A stretch of 62,332 nt of DNA from Quinella sp. 1Q5 (GTDB lineage: Bacteria > Bacillota > Negativicutes > Selenomonadales > Selenomonadaceae): positions 1 through 62,332 of the forward strand of contig JACXWG010000001.1 in the NCBI GenBank assembly GCA_014764605.1, in the 5' to 3' direction. The translations under genes were made by a program, and so were the position numbers. Positions 17,571-26,944 of this stretch are shown here, in pieces (position 1 is the first letter of the stretch; each line of letters starts with the position of its first letter). The notes under the pieces are model-generated. The model was given only the letters and a program-made list of their open reading frames with translations. It was not told the DNA's origin and made no database searches.

Positions 17571-18359
17571 ATGCGGGAATTGCTCAACCGAATGCACGCC
17601 TGGATGGCGGCTTACATGAAAAGCTTTTACTCGGACGATGCGGAAGTTCAGCAGGGCATTCTGATAAAGGAAAAGCATACAGGATACGTTACGGCGAATT
17701 GCATTGAGCTTGCCAAGTTCTTAAAGCTACCTAAGCACGACGCTGAACTTGCGGAGATAATCGGGCTTTTTCACGACGTGGGACGCTTCCGCCAATACAG
17801 CTTATACCAGACGTTCAATGACGCTGACAGCGAAGACCATGCCGACCTTGCACTTAAAGTCATTGACGAGTTGGAATTCTTTAAGGAGCTTGCCGCGTCC
17901 GATTATAAGCTTTTGCAGTTCGCAATTCAGAATCACAACAAGATGACCATTGCGCCGACTGACGACGAACGCAAGCTTCTCTTTGCAAGGATAATCCGCG
18001 ACGCTGATAAGCTTGATATTTATCGTGTACTTGAACCTTTCCTTGCGCAGGAGAACGCTGACAAGTTGCCTAACTTTATCAAAGGCAGGGCACGTCCCGA
18101 CATTAGCCCCGACTTTATAGAAAACTTCGTGACGGGCAAGCAGGCGGACTACAGAAATATTCGCACAAACGGCGACAGGAAAATTGTTCGGCTCATGTGG
18201 ATTTACGACATCAACTTTTCGTGGACGATGCAAAGGATTGTCGAACGCGGCTACATTGAAAAAATCGTCGCTAACCTGCCAATGGACGAACGCATTGCCG
18301 AAGGTGTCCGCCGCTTGCGTCGACGTGTCGAAGAAAAACTTTCTGAGGTGAGTATATGA
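17571..18359 (+). CDS. HD domain phosphohydrolase
   Basis: [11 protein letters not shown] motif. ATG follows GGAGGTGATG. The stop overlaps the glnS start. Confidence 0.8.
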   Translation: MRELLNRMHAWMAAYMKSFYSDDAEVQQGILIKEKHTGYVTANCIELAKFLKLPKHDAELAEIIGLFHDVGRFRQYSLYQTFNDADSEDHADLALKVIDELEFFKELAASDYKLLQFAIQNHNKMTIAPTDDERKLLFARIIRDADKLDIYRVLEPFLAQENADKLPNFIKGRARPDISPDFIENFVTGKQADYRNIRTNGDRKIVRLMWIYDINFSWTMQRIVERGYIEKIVANLPMDERIAEGVRRLRRRVEEKLSEVSI

Positions 18360-20005
18360 TAAATTTTGTGCAGCAGGAGATTGAGAACGATTTAAAGGCG
18401 GGCAAATACACTGAAGGAATCCACACACGCTTTCCACCCGAACCCAACGGTTATTTGCATATCGGGCACGCTAAGTCAGTTTGCTTGAACTTCGGACTTG
18501 CCCTTCACAACGGCGGCTTGTGCAATCTGCGTTTCGACGACACTAACCCCACCAAAGAGGACGTTGAGTTCGTTGATTCGATTCAAGAGGATATTAAGTG
18601 GCTCGGCTTCGATTGGGGCGACAGAAAATTTTTCGCGTCGGATTACTTCGGCAAGTTCTATGATTATGCTGTTGAGCTTATCAAACGCGGCTTGGCTTAT
18701 GTCGACGACCTCAGCGCGGAAGAGATTCGAGCTTATCGCGGCACCTTGACGGAGGCGGGCAAGGAAAGTCCTTGGCGCAATCGTTCTGTCGAAGAGAATT
18801 TGGACTTGTTCACGCGCATGAAGGCGGGCGAGTTCCCTGACGGCTCCAAAGTCCTGCGTGCTAAAATTGACATGGCAAGCCCCAACATAAACATGCGCGA
18901 CCCTGTCATATATCGAATTACGCGGGCGACCCATCATCACACCGGCGACGATTGGTTGATTTATCCCATGTACGATTTCGCGCACCCGCTCGAAGACGCC
19001 ATAGAAGGTATCACGCACTCGGTCTGCACGCTTGAGTTTGAAGACCATCGCCCGTTCTATGACTGGTTGCTTGAGTCTCTGGGCTTTGATGTGAACACCC
19101 GCCCTCGGCAAATTGAGTTCGCCCGCTTAGACTTAACCAACACCATTACAAGCAAACGCAAACTCCGTCAGCTCGTGGAAGAAAATCACGTTCGCGGCTG
19201 GGACGATCCGCGTATGCCGACACTTTGCGGGCTTAGGCGGCGTGGCTTCACTCCTGCGGCGATTAAAGATTTCTGCGAGCGTATCGGCGTGGCTAAGTCT
19301 AACAGCGTCGTTGATATTGCAATGCTTGAACACTGCGTCCGCGAAGACCTCAACGATTCGGCCGATAGGGTTATGGCTGTCCTCGACCCGTTGAAAGTTA
19401 TCCTTACCAATGTTGATGACGGCGTAGAGTACTTGACGGCGGAGAATCACCCCAAGCGCGGCGGCAGTCGATTCGTTCCGTTCACGAGAGAAATTTTTAT
19501 CGACCGCGAAGACTTCATGGAGGACGCCCCGAAGAAATTCTTCCGCCTCAAGCCCGGCGGCGAAGTCCGATTGAAATACGCCTATATCATCAAATGCAAC
19601 GAGGTTATCAAGAACACTGCGGGCGAAGTCGTCGAACTCCATTGCACGATTGACCCAACGTCAAAGAGCGGAGGCGCGACTGCAGGACGCAAGATTAAGG
19701 GCACGATTCATTGGGTTAGCGCGAAGTTCGCCTTGCCCGCCGAAGTCAGGCTGTATGATTACCTTTTGACGACCGACGCTCAAGGCAACCTGCCCGAAGA
19801 TTTTATCGCCGCCCTCAATCCAAATTCGTTAATCGTCAAGCAGGCTTTGATTGAACCTTCCGTTCGCTGGACAAACGCGGGCACGCATTATCAATTCTTG
19901 CGCCTAGGCTACTTCGTCGTCGACCCGGACACCACGCCCGATAAGCTGGTTTTTAATCGCGTCGTCGGCTTGAAGGACACTTGGGCTAAAGTTAAGGACA
20001 GGTGA
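18356..20005 (+). CDS. glnS: Glutamine--tRNA ligase
   Basis: [17 protein letters not shown] (HIGH), ITSKRKL (KMSKS-like). About 549 aa, with GlnRS-type C-terminal beta-barrels. Confidence 0.95.
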   Translation: MINFVQQEIENDLKAGKYTEGIHTRFPPEPNGYLHIGHAKSVCLNFGLALHNGGLCNLRFDDTNPTKEDVEFVDSIQEDIKWLGFDWGDRKFFASDYFGKFYDYAVELIKRGLAYVDDLSAEEIRAYRGTLTEAGKESPWRNRSVEENLDLFTRMKAGEFPDGSKVLRAKIDMASPNINMRDPVIYRITRATHHHTGDDWLIYPMYDFAHPLEDAIEGITHSVCTLEFEDHRPFYDWLLESLGFDVNTRPRQIEFARLDLTNTITSKRKLRQLVEENHVRGWDDPRMPTLCGLRRRGFTPAAIKDFCERIGVAKSNSVVDIAMLEHCVREDLNDSADRVMAVLDPLKVILTNVDDGVEYLTAENHPKRGGSRFVPFTREIFIDREDFMEDAPKKFFRLKPGGEVRLKYAYIIKCNEVIKNTAGEVVELHCTIDPTSKSGGATAGRKIKGTIHWVSAKFALPAEVRLYDYLLTTDAQGNLPEDFIAALNPNSLIVKQALIEPSVRWTNAGTHYQFLRLGYFVVDPDTTPDKLVFNRVVGLKDTWAKVKDR

Positions 20006-20011
20006 TTAGCT

Positions 20012-20323
20012 ATGCCGAAGATACCACGCGGCTTGACTGATAAAGACATGGTTAAAAACTATGTCGAGGAGGAGACGATTGAACAGCAACTCTTAACCGC
20101 CGCAAAGAAGGCAGAAAAGCTCCGCATGATTGCCGAGGCAGAAGCTCCGCCCGCCCCGCTCGCTAAAGCCGGATTTACTCCCGAACTAACAGACAAACTA
20201 GGCAGGGAACTCCTAGCACTCAAGATTGAACTATCGAATGCGGGCGTTAAGAGTTACAACTTCAAAATAAAACGCGACGGAGAGAAAATAACCTTAACCG
20301 TCACGGACAAAAAACTTTTCTAA
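20012..20323 (+). CDS. Hypothetical protein (103 aa)
   Basis: ATG follows AGGTGA. Coding-like composition. I recognise no motif. Confidence 0.6.
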   Translation: MPKIPRGLTDKDMVKNYVEEETIEQQLLTAAKKAEKLRMIAEAEAPPAPLAKAGFTPELTDKLGRELLALKIELSNAGVKSYNFKIKRDGEKITLTVTDKKLF

Positions 20324-20335
20324 GGGGATTACTCT

Positions 20336-21619
20336 ATGGAAACAATGACAATAGTAGCGATTGTGATATTTGTAGCTGCCTACGCGCTGATAATTTCCGA
20401 AAAGATTCACCGAACCGTTGTCGGGCTATTCGGCGCAATGCTGATGATTCTGCTTGGTATCATCGACCAGGAAACCGCCGTGCATCACATCGACTTCAAC
20501 ACGATTGGACTTTTAATGGGCATGATGATTGTCGTCAACATCACCAGCGAAACCGGACTCTTTAACTTCTTAGCGATATGGTCAGCTAAAAAAGTCAAGG
20601 CTCAACCTGTGGCGTTGCTCGTGGCGTTGAGCACACTAACTGCCGTTTGCTCCGCGCTCCTAGACAACGTGACGACCGTCCTTTTAACCGTGCCGATAAC
20701 CTTCAATATCGCCGCGCAGTTGAAAGTAGACGTTAAACCGTTCCTCATGGCGCAAATCATCAGTTCCAATATCGGCGGCACCGCAACCCTTATCGGCGAC
20801 CCGCCTAACATCATGATTGGTTCGGCTGTCGGCTTGAGCTTCGGCGACTTCGTCCTGAACATGACGGGCGTATCAATCGTCATCTTTATCACAACGGTTT
20901 TGCTGTTGATGATGATTTACAAGAGCGACTTGCACACTAAACCCGAACTGCAAGATAAAGTCATGCGCCTAGACGAGAAGAGCCAGATAACTGACCCGCT
21001 CCTGCTTAAGAAGTGCTTGTTCGTCTTGGCGATAACGATAAGCCTGTTTGCCTTCCACGGCATGTTAGGTCTTGAATCGGCGACTGCTGCTTTGACGGGC
21101 GCAAGCTTACTGTTGCTGATAACTTATGCACATAACGAAGAAATGATTGCCAAAATGCTTAGCAAGGTCGAATGGCTCGCAATCTTTTTCTTCGGCGGAC
21201 TGTTTATCCTCGTCGGCGCACTGGTCGAGACGGGCGTTATCAAAATGCTCGCACAGGAGGCAATGGAGATTACCAAAGGCGACCTCACCTTCACGGCGAT
21301 AGTTATCATTTGGATGAGTGCGCTTGCCTCGGCGTTCATTGATAATATCCCGTTCGTGGCAACGATGATTCCGCTGATTAAAGATATGGGCGCAATGGGC
21401 TTGACGAACCTTGACCCGCTGTGGTGGAGTTTGGCACTGGGTGCTTGCCTCGGCGGCAATGGAACTTTAATCGGCGCGTCGGCTAATGTCGTCGTTGCGT
21501 CTATGGCGGCTCAACGCGGGCGTGCAATTTCGTTTATCGGCTTCATGAAGGTTGCCTTCCCGCTGATGATTCTTTCGATAATCATTTCAACCGTCTATGT
21601 CTACTTCCGCTACTTGTAA
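20336..21619 (+). CDS. ArsB/NhaD-superfamily (citrate transporter-like) permease
   Basis: About 12 TM segments. The N-terminus ...IFVAAYALIISEKIHRTVVGLFGA... is typical of the YbiR/ArsB-NhaD family. Confidence 0.8.
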   Translation: METMTIVAIVIFVAAYALIISEKIHRTVVGLFGAMLMILLGIIDQETAVHHIDFNTIGLLMGMMIVVNITSETGLFNFLAIWSAKKVKAQPVALLVALSTLTAVCSALLDNVTTVLLTVPITFNIAAQLKVDVKPFLMAQIISSNIGGTATLIGDPPNIMIGSAVGLSFGDFVLNMTGVSIVIFITTVLLLMMIYKSDLHTKPELQDKVMRLDEKSQITDPLLLKKCLFVLAITISLFAFHGMLGLESATAALTGASLLLLITYAHNEEMIAKMLSKVEWLAIFFFGGLFILVGALVETGVIKMLAQEAMEITKGDLTFTAIVIIWMSALASAFIDNIPFVATMIPLIKDMGAMGLTNLDPLWWSLALGACLGGNGTLIGASANVVVASMAAQRGRAISFIGFMKVAFPLMILSIIISTVYVYFRYL

Positions 21620-21628
21620 GAGACTTTC

Positions 21629-21668
21629 GCGGTCGGTGAGCCGTTGACTTATCGACCGCTATTTTTTT
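21629..21668 (+). terminator. Intrinsic terminator
   Basis: GCGGTCG/CGACCGC stem with a 17-nt loop and a TATTTTTTT tail. The next RBS, GGAGG, follows directly. Confidence 0.55.
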
Positions 21669-21680
21669 GGAGGTCAGCCA

Positions 21681-23024
21681 ATGAAACTTTATCCCGATAC
21701 AAAAGTTTATGTCTCATGCCCTGCTAATTTTCAAACGGGCGGTCCAGAGCTTGCCCACCAACTTGCCTCCACGCTCATTTCTTTTGGCGTCAAAGCCGGT
21801 ATGTGTTATTACAAAAGTGCTAAGGAATACAATAAAGAGGATCCTGTTCATGACGTTTATAAAAAATATCATGTGCCCTATACGTTCGAGATGGAAGACA
21901 AACCGCACAATATTTTTGTCGTGCCAGAGGGAGCCACGGAGCTTTTTTACGGCATAAAAAAAATGCGGCGCGTGCTCTGGTGGATGAGCGTTGATAATTA
22001 TCTTTCGCACCTCGTGAATGTGTTTAACGCTTACTTAAAAGATACTCTCGCCAAGCCTCTTGCGAAATTATTTTGCTTCGGAAAAGAAGATAATGACGTT
22101 GAACACTTTGTCCAGTCGGAATACGCTCGGCAGTTTATCAAGCTCAATGGCATTCCCAACAATAAAATTCACATGGTTGAAGATTATCTTAATCAGGCGT
22201 TCCTCACTCGTGCGGCGCAAGTCGACTTGAGCAAGAAAGAAAACATCGTCGCTTACAATCCGAAGAAAGGCTTTGAAGTGGTTAAACTTTTTATCGCCGA
22301 TGCTCCCGACATTGATTGGCGACCAATTAAGGACATGACGCCCGCGCAGGTTCAAGAGCTGTTAGCCTCGGCAAAAGTTTATATCGACTTCGGCAATCAC
22401 CCCGGCAAAGATAGGATTCCACGCGAGGCGGCTGTTTCGGGTTGCGTCGTGTTAGTCGGCAAACGTGGCGCGGCAATCAACGACATTGATATAAATATTC
22501 CCGCTGAATTTAAATTCGATATGGCGGGAAACACGCTACAAGATGTCATTAATAAAATCCACGAGGTCTTTGAAGATTTCCCTGCCGCCCACGAAAAGCA
22601 GACCTCTTATCGTGCACGCATTCACGACGATAAAAACCGTTTTGTCAATGAAGTCGTCGAGGCATTCGAGATAAAGAAGACTAATCGCGGGGCAGTTGCC
22701 TTACCGCAGGGCTTCAACGAAGGGACTTCATTGCTTATCGAGAAACTTCAACGCCAATCGCTTATGCCCGGCTTTATCGTCGATGACTTTATGAGTACCG
22801 CTGAAATGGCTAAGCTTTCGGAAGGGCTGATAATCCGCGACCAGAATCGAAATTATATGCGCCTCGACGATAATTTAATTGAGATTATCACCCGCGACGA
22901 CGCGAAGTTCTTACATATCGAAGGACGGATAAGCAAGCTCGCGCTATCGGAGCCGTCAGAGGCAGAACTTGCCGCGGTAAAAGATTTTTATGAAGCTGAC
23001 GATTCAGCTATTCTGAGATTTTAA
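21681..23024 (+). CDS. Unknown-function protein, tandem paralog 1 (GT-B glycosyltransferase-like pattern plus conserved C-terminal domain)
   Basis: 447 aa. Roughly half its positions are identical to the next gene by eye. GGPE..HQL near the N-terminus. ENIVAYNPKKG...AKVYIDFG.HPGKDRIPREAA..GCVV resembles the GT-B donor-binding half. Confidence 0.75.
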   Translation: MKLYPDTKVYVSCPANFQTGGPELAHQLASTLISFGVKAGMCYYKSAKEYNKEDPVHDVYKKYHVPYTFEMEDKPHNIFVVPEGATELFYGIKKMRRVLWWMSVDNYLSHLVNVFNAYLKDTLAKPLAKLFCFGKEDNDVEHFVQSEYARQFIKLNGIPNNKIHMVEDYLNQAFLTRAAQVDLSKKENIVAYNPKKGFEVVKLFIADAPDIDWRPIKDMTPAQVQELLASAKVYIDFGNHPGKDRIPREAAVSGCVVLVGKRGAAINDIDINIPAEFKFDMAGNTLQDVINKIHEVFEDFPAAHEKQTSYRARIHDDKNRFVNEVVEAFEIKKTNRGAVALPQGFNEGTSLLIEKLQRQSLMPGFIVDDFMSTAEMAKLSEGLIIRDQNRNYMRLDDNLIEIITRDDAKFLHIEGRISKLALSEPSEAELAAVKDFYEADDSAILRF

Positions 23025-23036
23025 GGAGATTAGTCA

Positions 23037-24371
23037 ATGAAAATTTATCCTGACACGAAAATTTATATTCTTGCACCTGGTAATTATAGTTCAGGCGGAC
23101 CAGAGTCTTTGCATCAACTTTGCTCTCAGCTCCTCAATTGCAATGTTAAAGCGTGCATGTATTACGTTCCCAGTATCCCGAAGATATTTAATCCTGATAA
23201 CCCCGTACATGAAAACTTTACAAAGTATCATCTGCCTTACGTCCTTGAAGTGGAGGACGACAAACGAAATATTATTATCATTCCCGAATCTTTGGTTGAA
23301 TATCATTATCGCACAAAAAAGATACGCCGCGTACTTTGGTGGCTAAGCGTCAACATTTACATAAGAACAATCCGTGACTTAATGAATAAACGGTTCTTAG
23401 ACCCTTTGTCAGAGCCAATGCCTAAATTCTTCTACTTCTATAGAAAAGATGAAGGCATTGACCACTGGACACAATCAGAGTATGTCCGACAATTTCTGGA
23501 GTTAAACGGCGTAAAAAATTCTACGGACATAGAAACGCCCATGAGTCATAATTTCTTGAGCCAGGCCGCACATATCGACTTAAGCAAGAAAGAAAATATC
23601 GTCGCATTCAATCCGAAGAAAGACCCCGAGATAGCAAAGAGAATCATCACTGAGGCTTCCGATATTGATTGGCGGCGGATTGAAAACATGACGCCTGAAG
23701 AAGTTCAAACACTTTTGACAAAGGCGAAAGTTTATATGGACTTCGGATATTTTCCTGGCAGAGAACGTCTTCCACGCGAGGCGGCTCTTTTGGGTTGCGT
23801 CGTGATAACGGGAAAGCGCGGTGCTTCAGGCAATGACATTGATGTAAACATTCCCGCCGAGTTTAAATTTGATACGGACACTCTGAACCCTAAGCAAGTG
23901 GTAGAAAAGATTCGTGATGTCTTTGAAAACTTCTCAACGGCTCATGAATCGCAAAAGGCTTTTCGTGATAAAGAAATCAATGCACCAAAAGTTTTTAAAT
24001 CCAAAGTTGTTGAATACTTCGAGATAAAAGAACTTCCTCTGCCGAGTGTTGCCTTTGTTCAGGGCGTCAGCGAAGAAAGTCTTCTGCTTGCCAAAGGACT
24101 TCTCAAGAACAACTTCAAACCGAGCTTTATAATTGATGACGAGATGGCTTTAACGGAATCCGATAAACGCATATTTCGCGAGCAGGGACGAAATTATCTG
24201 CGCCTCGATAATGAATTAATTGAAATTGTCACCCGCGACGATGCGAAGTTTTTATATCTCGAAGGGCGGATAAAGAAATTTGCGTTATTGGAGCCGTCAG
24301 ACGCGGAGCTTGATGCAATGAAAGACTTCTACGGAGCTGATGTTGGTGACCTTCTGATATTCAGCCTGTAA
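23037..24371 (+). CDS. Unknown-function protein, tandem paralog 2
   Basis: 444 aa and colinear with paralog 1 (MKIYPDTKIY..GGPESLHQL...ENIVAFNPKK...PREAALLGCVV...LIEIVTRDDAKFLYLEGRI). Visibly more AT-rich than its surroundings. Confidence 0.75.
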   Translation: MKIYPDTKIYILAPGNYSSGGPESLHQLCSQLLNCNVKACMYYVPSIPKIFNPDNPVHENFTKYHLPYVLEVEDDKRNIIIIPESLVEYHYRTKKIRRVLWWLSVNIYIRTIRDLMNKRFLDPLSEPMPKFFYFYRKDEGIDHWTQSEYVRQFLELNGVKNSTDIETPMSHNFLSQAAHIDLSKKENIVAFNPKKDPEIAKRIITEASDIDWRRIENMTPEEVQTLLTKAKVYMDFGYFPGRERLPREAALLGCVVITGKRGASGNDIDVNIPAEFKFDTDTLNPKQVVEKIRDVFENFSTAHESQKAFRDKEINAPKVFKSKVVEYFEIKELPLPSVAFVQGVSEESLLLAKGLLKNNFKPSFIIDDEMALTESDKRIFREQGRNYLRLDNELIEIVTRDDAKFLYLEGRIKKFALLEPSDAELDAMKDFYGADVGDLLIFSL

Positions 24372-24373
24372 AT

Positions 24374-24413
24374 AAAAAAAATCGCCGAGCCGTTCAAAGC
24401 TTGGCGTTATTTG
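24374..24413. terminator. Bidirectional intrinsic terminator
   Basis: CGCCGAGC/GCTTGGCG stem between an A-run and a T-rich tail. Lies between convergent genes and overlaps the stop of the minus-strand ATPase gene. Confidence 0.55.
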
Positions 24414-25132
24414 TTTGCAAAGACGTTGCACATCTCCTCCGACGAGAAGACCTCTTGCACGCTTCCGAACTTCAGCACACGTTTGTTTAGGAGGATGACC
24501 TTATCGGCAAAACGTTCAATCATATCCAAATCGTGCGAGATTAAAAGTATCGCCATGTCCTCGGCGGCTTTGAGTTCGGCGACGAGTTCATAAAAAATTT
24601 TCATGCCGACCTTGTCGACGCCGCTAATCGGTTCGTCGAGTAAAAGCAGGTCGGGCAATGGGTCGAGGGCAAGGGCTAAGAGGACTCTTTGAAGTTCGCC
24701 GCCAGAGAGCGCACCTAGTCTTCGGTCGATGAGGTGTTCTGCCTTGACGCGCCGGAGATTTTTTATTACGCGTTCGCGAATGAACTTTGAACTGCAAAGC
24801 CAGACTGGTCGCCACGTTAGGCACGCCATAAACAAATCAAGGACGCTTGTCGGGCTTGTGGCGTCGAACTTCAGTGTTTGCGGAACGTAACCGATAATCG
24901 GGCGGAGGTGTTCGCCCTTTGCGTCGAAGTAATGGAGCTTGCCCGCGTGCTTAACTTCGCCGAGGATTGACTTAAGCAACGTAGACTTGCCCGCGCCGTT
25001 CGGACCAATTAAAGCCGTAAGTTCGCCGCAATGAATCATAAAGTTCACGTCTTCAAAAATAGTAAGCTCGCCGACCTTGACGGAAAAATTTTCTATCTGC
25101 GTCGTGCAAAGCTTTGACTGATTGTGTTTCAT
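24407..25132 (-). CDS. ABC transporter ATP-binding protein (ZnuC/metal-type sequence features)
   Basis: Walker A GPNGAGKST, IGYVPQ, LSGGELQRVLLALAL, LLLLDEP, SHDL. Confidence 0.9.
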   Translation of the reverse strand: MKHNQSKLCTTQIENFSVKVGELTIFEDVNFMIHCGELTALIGPNGAGKSTLLKSILGEVKHAGKLHYFDAKGEHLRPIIGYVPQTLKFDATSPTSVLDLFMACLTWRPVWLCSSKFIRERVIKNLRRVKAEHLIDRRLGALSGGELQRVLLALALDPLPDLLLLDEPISGVDKVGMKIFYELVAELKAAEDMAILLISHDLDMIERFADKVILLNKRVLKFGSVQEVFSSEEMCNVFANK

Positions 25133-25854
25133 GCTGATAACCTTCTAAACATCTTGACTGCCAACCACAGCAGAACTATCGCGTAGGCTGACAGAATTAA
25201 GAATGATGATAAGCTGAAGCCTTCCCGCAAAAGGTAGCTCGTGTGCGTGAGAGGCAAGACTTCTATCACGAAGCGGACGACGGGTGGCAACTCCGCTGTG
25301 CTAAAGAACGTCCCACAGAGGAAACTCATCGGCATTAGCAGATACGTGTTGACTTGGGCAAGCTCTTCATAGGTCTGAACCTTCAACGCCGCGCAGAAAC
25401 ATACGCTAGCAAAGATTATCGAGTTCAGCACGACGACGCTAAGGAAGGTTATCGGCTCAAAGTTCAGACCCGCGCCGAAACTCAACGCCACGCCCAAAAT
25501 CAAAGCCGTCGAGATTAACGCACGCACGACCGCCGATAAGACTTTGCCGAGGACAAACGCCGTCGGCTCAATCGGTGCGCTAAGGTACTCTTCCAAACTT
25601 TTGTGATAGACGCGTTCGGCGTGGACGGTTGTTATACTCATGTAGCTAACGTTCATTGTATTAAGGGCGACGATGCCTGGCACGAGGAAATCAAGATACG
25701 TACCCGACGCAATGTTGATGTTCTTGCCTAAGCCCCAACCGAACGCAACCAGATATAAGACGGGCGTCACTAGCCGCGACAAGATAAATTTTTTCAGCCG
25801 CCGCCGCAGGACAATCCAATCACGCCACATGACCGTTGCAATGTCTTGAATCAT
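25129..25854 (-). CDS. ABC-2 type transporter permease
   Basis: Six predicted TM segments. N-terminal WRDWIVLRRRLKKFI... is typical of the ABC-2 (NodJ/DrrB-like) family. ATGA overlaps on both sides. Confidence 0.85.
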   Translation of the reverse strand: MIQDIATVMWRDWIVLRRRLKKFILSRLVTPVLYLVAFGWGLGKNINIASGTYLDFLVPGIVALNTMNVSYMSITTVHAERVYHKSLEEYLSAPIEPTAFVLGKVLSAVVRALISTALILGVALSFGAGLNFEPITFLSVVVLNSIIFASVCFCAALKVQTYEELAQVNTYLLMPMSFLCGTFFSTAELPPVVRFVIEVLPLTHTSYLLREGFSLSSFLILSAYAIVLLWLAVKMFRRLSA

Positions 25855-26210
25855 GCTTTCAGCTGTTCGAGGCGTTCAATTTCTTTTTTGTGATTCTCCA
25901 ATGCGTAGCCAATGCGTATATGCTCTTCCTCTGTGAAGTCGTCGCTTTGATACGCCGCCGAGATTTTTTCAAGCCGAGCTTTGACTTCGGCAATCTCATC
26001 TTCCAAAACGAACTTATCATTTAGCACGAGACCATAGACCGCAAGAATTTGCTCGCGTGTCATTTGATAGTAAGAGTCCTCGCCCGACAGCTCGCCGATT
26101 GCCTTTGCCAACTTCAAGACAATTTCAAGTGGCGGTTTGCCCGCATTAATCGAGTTCGTCAGCATTGTGCGAAGTTCTTGAGCTACACCGTAAAATTTTT
26201 TGTCTGCCAA
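25851..26210 (-). CDS. Hypothetical helical protein (119 aa), first gene of the ABC operon
   Basis: TTG start lies 6 nt after AAGGAGAG. 4-nt overlap with the permease gene. Charged C-terminal coiled-coil-like region. Confidence 0.6.
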   Translation of the reverse strand: MADKKFYGVAQELRTMLTNSINAGKPPLEIVLKLAKAIGELSGEDSYYQMTREQILAVYGLVLNDKFVLEDEIAEVKARLEKISAAYQSDDFTEEEHIRIGYALENHKKEIERLEQLKA

Positions 26211-26284
26211 ATGAATCTCTCCTTAAGATTTTTCCGCTTTGTAATTCGTCAATAGCCCAATTATACCTTCAATCCAATCGAAGC

Positions 26285-26398
26285 TTATGACCGGCTCGCA
26301 TGGACGCGAGCCGCCGCGCGTTTGAAACATGGATGTTTCATAGCGGGGTTAAACGCCCTTTTCTTTTGTAACTTTTCTTTGGACAAGCAAAGAAAAGT
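26285..26398. repeat. Intergenic structured repeat, copy B
   Basis: TTATGA, then the GC hairpin CGGCTCGC/GCGAGCCG, then an extra GAAACAT/ATGTTTC hairpin, then CCCTTTTCTTTTG-TAA-[CTTTTCTTTG gacaag CAAAGAAAAG]T, followed by TTTT. Confidence 0.5.
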
Positions 26399-26400
26399 TT

Positions 26401-26820
26401 TTAAAACGATAGCATAACAACGCCCGCTATACAAAGAATCGCCCCAAAAATTTTTTGAGCTGTTATTTGCTCGTGATAGAAGAAGCCGCCAACGGCAAGC
26501 ATAGCCAATGCAATCAAAATGTTCACGACCAATGCCGCCGTAGACAACTTGCCGCCCGCCCGATAAATCATCACAAACGACACCTCCACGCCAGTTATCG
26601 CCAAACCCATTAAGACGCACGCCCAATTACTCCGCGCCGCCTCGACTAAAATTTTTTCGTGCGGCGTCATGAAGAATAAAATTGCACTTGCAAGCAGAGC
26701 CGTCGCGTAGTTGACGACCAGACCCATAAAGGCGTTTTGCTCGGTGGGGAGGATTGACTTGCTTGCAATATGATAAAGCATGTTGGCGAATACGGCGACC
26801 GTTATCGGCAAAAAAATCAT
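26401..26820 (-). CDS. Small EamA/DMT-superfamily membrane transporter (single EamA domain)
   Basis: 139 aa, 4-5 TM segments, ending ...IFGAILCIAGVVMLSF as is typical of EamA. Confidence 0.75.
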   Translation of the reverse strand: MIFLPITVAVFANMLYHIASKSILPTEQNAFMGLVVNYATALLASAILFFMTPHEKILVEAARSNWACVLMGLAITGVEVSFVMIYRAGGKLSTAALVVNILIALAMLAVGGFFYHEQITAQKIFGAILCIAGVVMLSF

Positions 26821-26833
26821 CTATAGCACCTCC

Positions 26834-26901
26834 AAAAAAATAAGGCATCCCACGAACCTTCCGAGGCTTTTGCCCTTGCCTGCGGTTCGTGTGAATGCCT
26901 T
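26834..26901 (-). terminator. Long hairpin plus U7 terminator directly upstream of the EamA gene RBS
   Basis: On the minus strand: AAGGCAT-TCAC-ACGAACC...GGTTCGT-GGG-ATGCCTT, then TTTTTTT, then GGAGG and ATG. It either terminates the upstream gene or acts as an attenuator. Confidence 0.55.
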
Positions 26902-26944
26902 GTGCGTAATCCGGCGACGACGCACGAAGATTATTTATCGCTAC

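Noticed and set aside
26821-26944. Guanidine-I (ykkC) riboswitch upstream of the EamA-type gene.
   Set aside because: Only a loose resemblance to the 3' ACACG...GGGA.AAAAGCC.GGGAG segment. The conserved 5' CUAGGGUUCCG / GGUCCGAGAG elements are absent. Kept only as a generic terminator/leader.
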